Source: Alphaproteobacteria bacterium (GTDB taxonomy: Bacteria; Pseudomonadota; Alphaproteobacteria; UBA828). From it: a stretch of DNA of 64,000 nt. The stretch's first letter is position 1. Each line of letters starts with the position of its first letter. The stretch lies in NCBI GenBank assembly GCA_963422645.2, contig CAXXVO010000012.1, positions 192,001 through 256,000 of the forward strand. Reading direction: 5' to 3'. Of this stretch, positions 63,624 through 64,000 are shown piece by piece. The translations under genes were made by a program, and so were the position numbers. The notes beneath the pieces were generated by a model that was given only the letters and a program-made list of their open reading frames with translations, was not told the DNA's origin and made no database searches.

Positions 63624-64000
63624 CCGGCGCCATCGAGTGCCGGTACTACGGGCGCGACTTCACCACCGACGAGATGGCGCTGCTGCGCGCCCTGATCGCC
63701 GCCGATCCGCAGCCGACCCGCGCCGCCCTGTCCAGAGAGTTCTGCCGGCGTATCGGCTGGCTCAAGCCCGACGGCGGCCTCAAGGACATGATGGCCAAGG
63801 TGACCATGCTCGCCATGCACCGCGACGGCGTGATCGTTCTGCCGCCGCCGAGGGGACGGCAGGGCCGGCCCAAGCCCTTCGTCTTCGGGCCTGACACCGA
63901 GCCGCCGCTGTTCCCGGCGCCGACGACGCTGGACGAGGTGCGCCCCCTCGACTTCCGCACCGTCATGCGCAACACGCGGGAAGGCAGGCTCTGGAACGAG
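63620..64000 (+). CDS. DUF4338 (DruA-like) family protein, N-terminal part running off the window
   Basis: Hand translation MTGAIECRYYGRDFT...R..LSREFC..IGW.KPDG.LK.M...LPPP...LWNE. ATGA overlap with the transposase stop. Confidence 0.7.
   Translation, partial: MTGAIECRYYGRDFTTDEMALLRALIAADPQPTRAALSREFCRRIGWLKPDGGLKDMMAKVTMLAMHRDGVIVLPPPRGRQGRPKPFVFGPDTEPPLFPAPTTLDEVRPLDFRTVMRNTREGRLWNE

Overview
GC-rich alphaproteobacterial chromosome segment, probably Rhodospirillales-like. A host-associated or sponge-symbiont lifestyle is only inferred from the accessory genes. The core (13.5-53 kb) carries hupB, tRNA-Val, tRNA-Asp, nuoA-N, birA, coaX, rnj, mce and DUF1467, then a ~16 kb accessory catabolic/transport block, then proS, lolC/E, lolD and ubiX. 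The left end holds an IS21-type end truncating an RHH/MobC-like gene, a complete unclassified IS (205-2715), and a complete IS66 (3006-5512, 8-bp target-site duplication, TSD). That IS66 carries a minimal N6-adenine methyltransferase translationally coupled to its transposase. A second IS66 (11579-13466) inserted exactly at the hupB start codon. The right end holds an orphan FitA-like antitoxin with a VapC stump, and a 4.9 kb inverted-repeat-bounded remnant (cI-like/cro-like switch, Cro::T4CP chimera, truncated MOBF relaxase). It also holds an IS66 transposase with a ~350-aa coiled-coil extension coupled to a DUF4338-like gene. The best candidate for a novel system is IS66 elements carrying translationally coupled putative DNA-modification genes. 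All family assignments come from motif recognition by eye; no searches were run.
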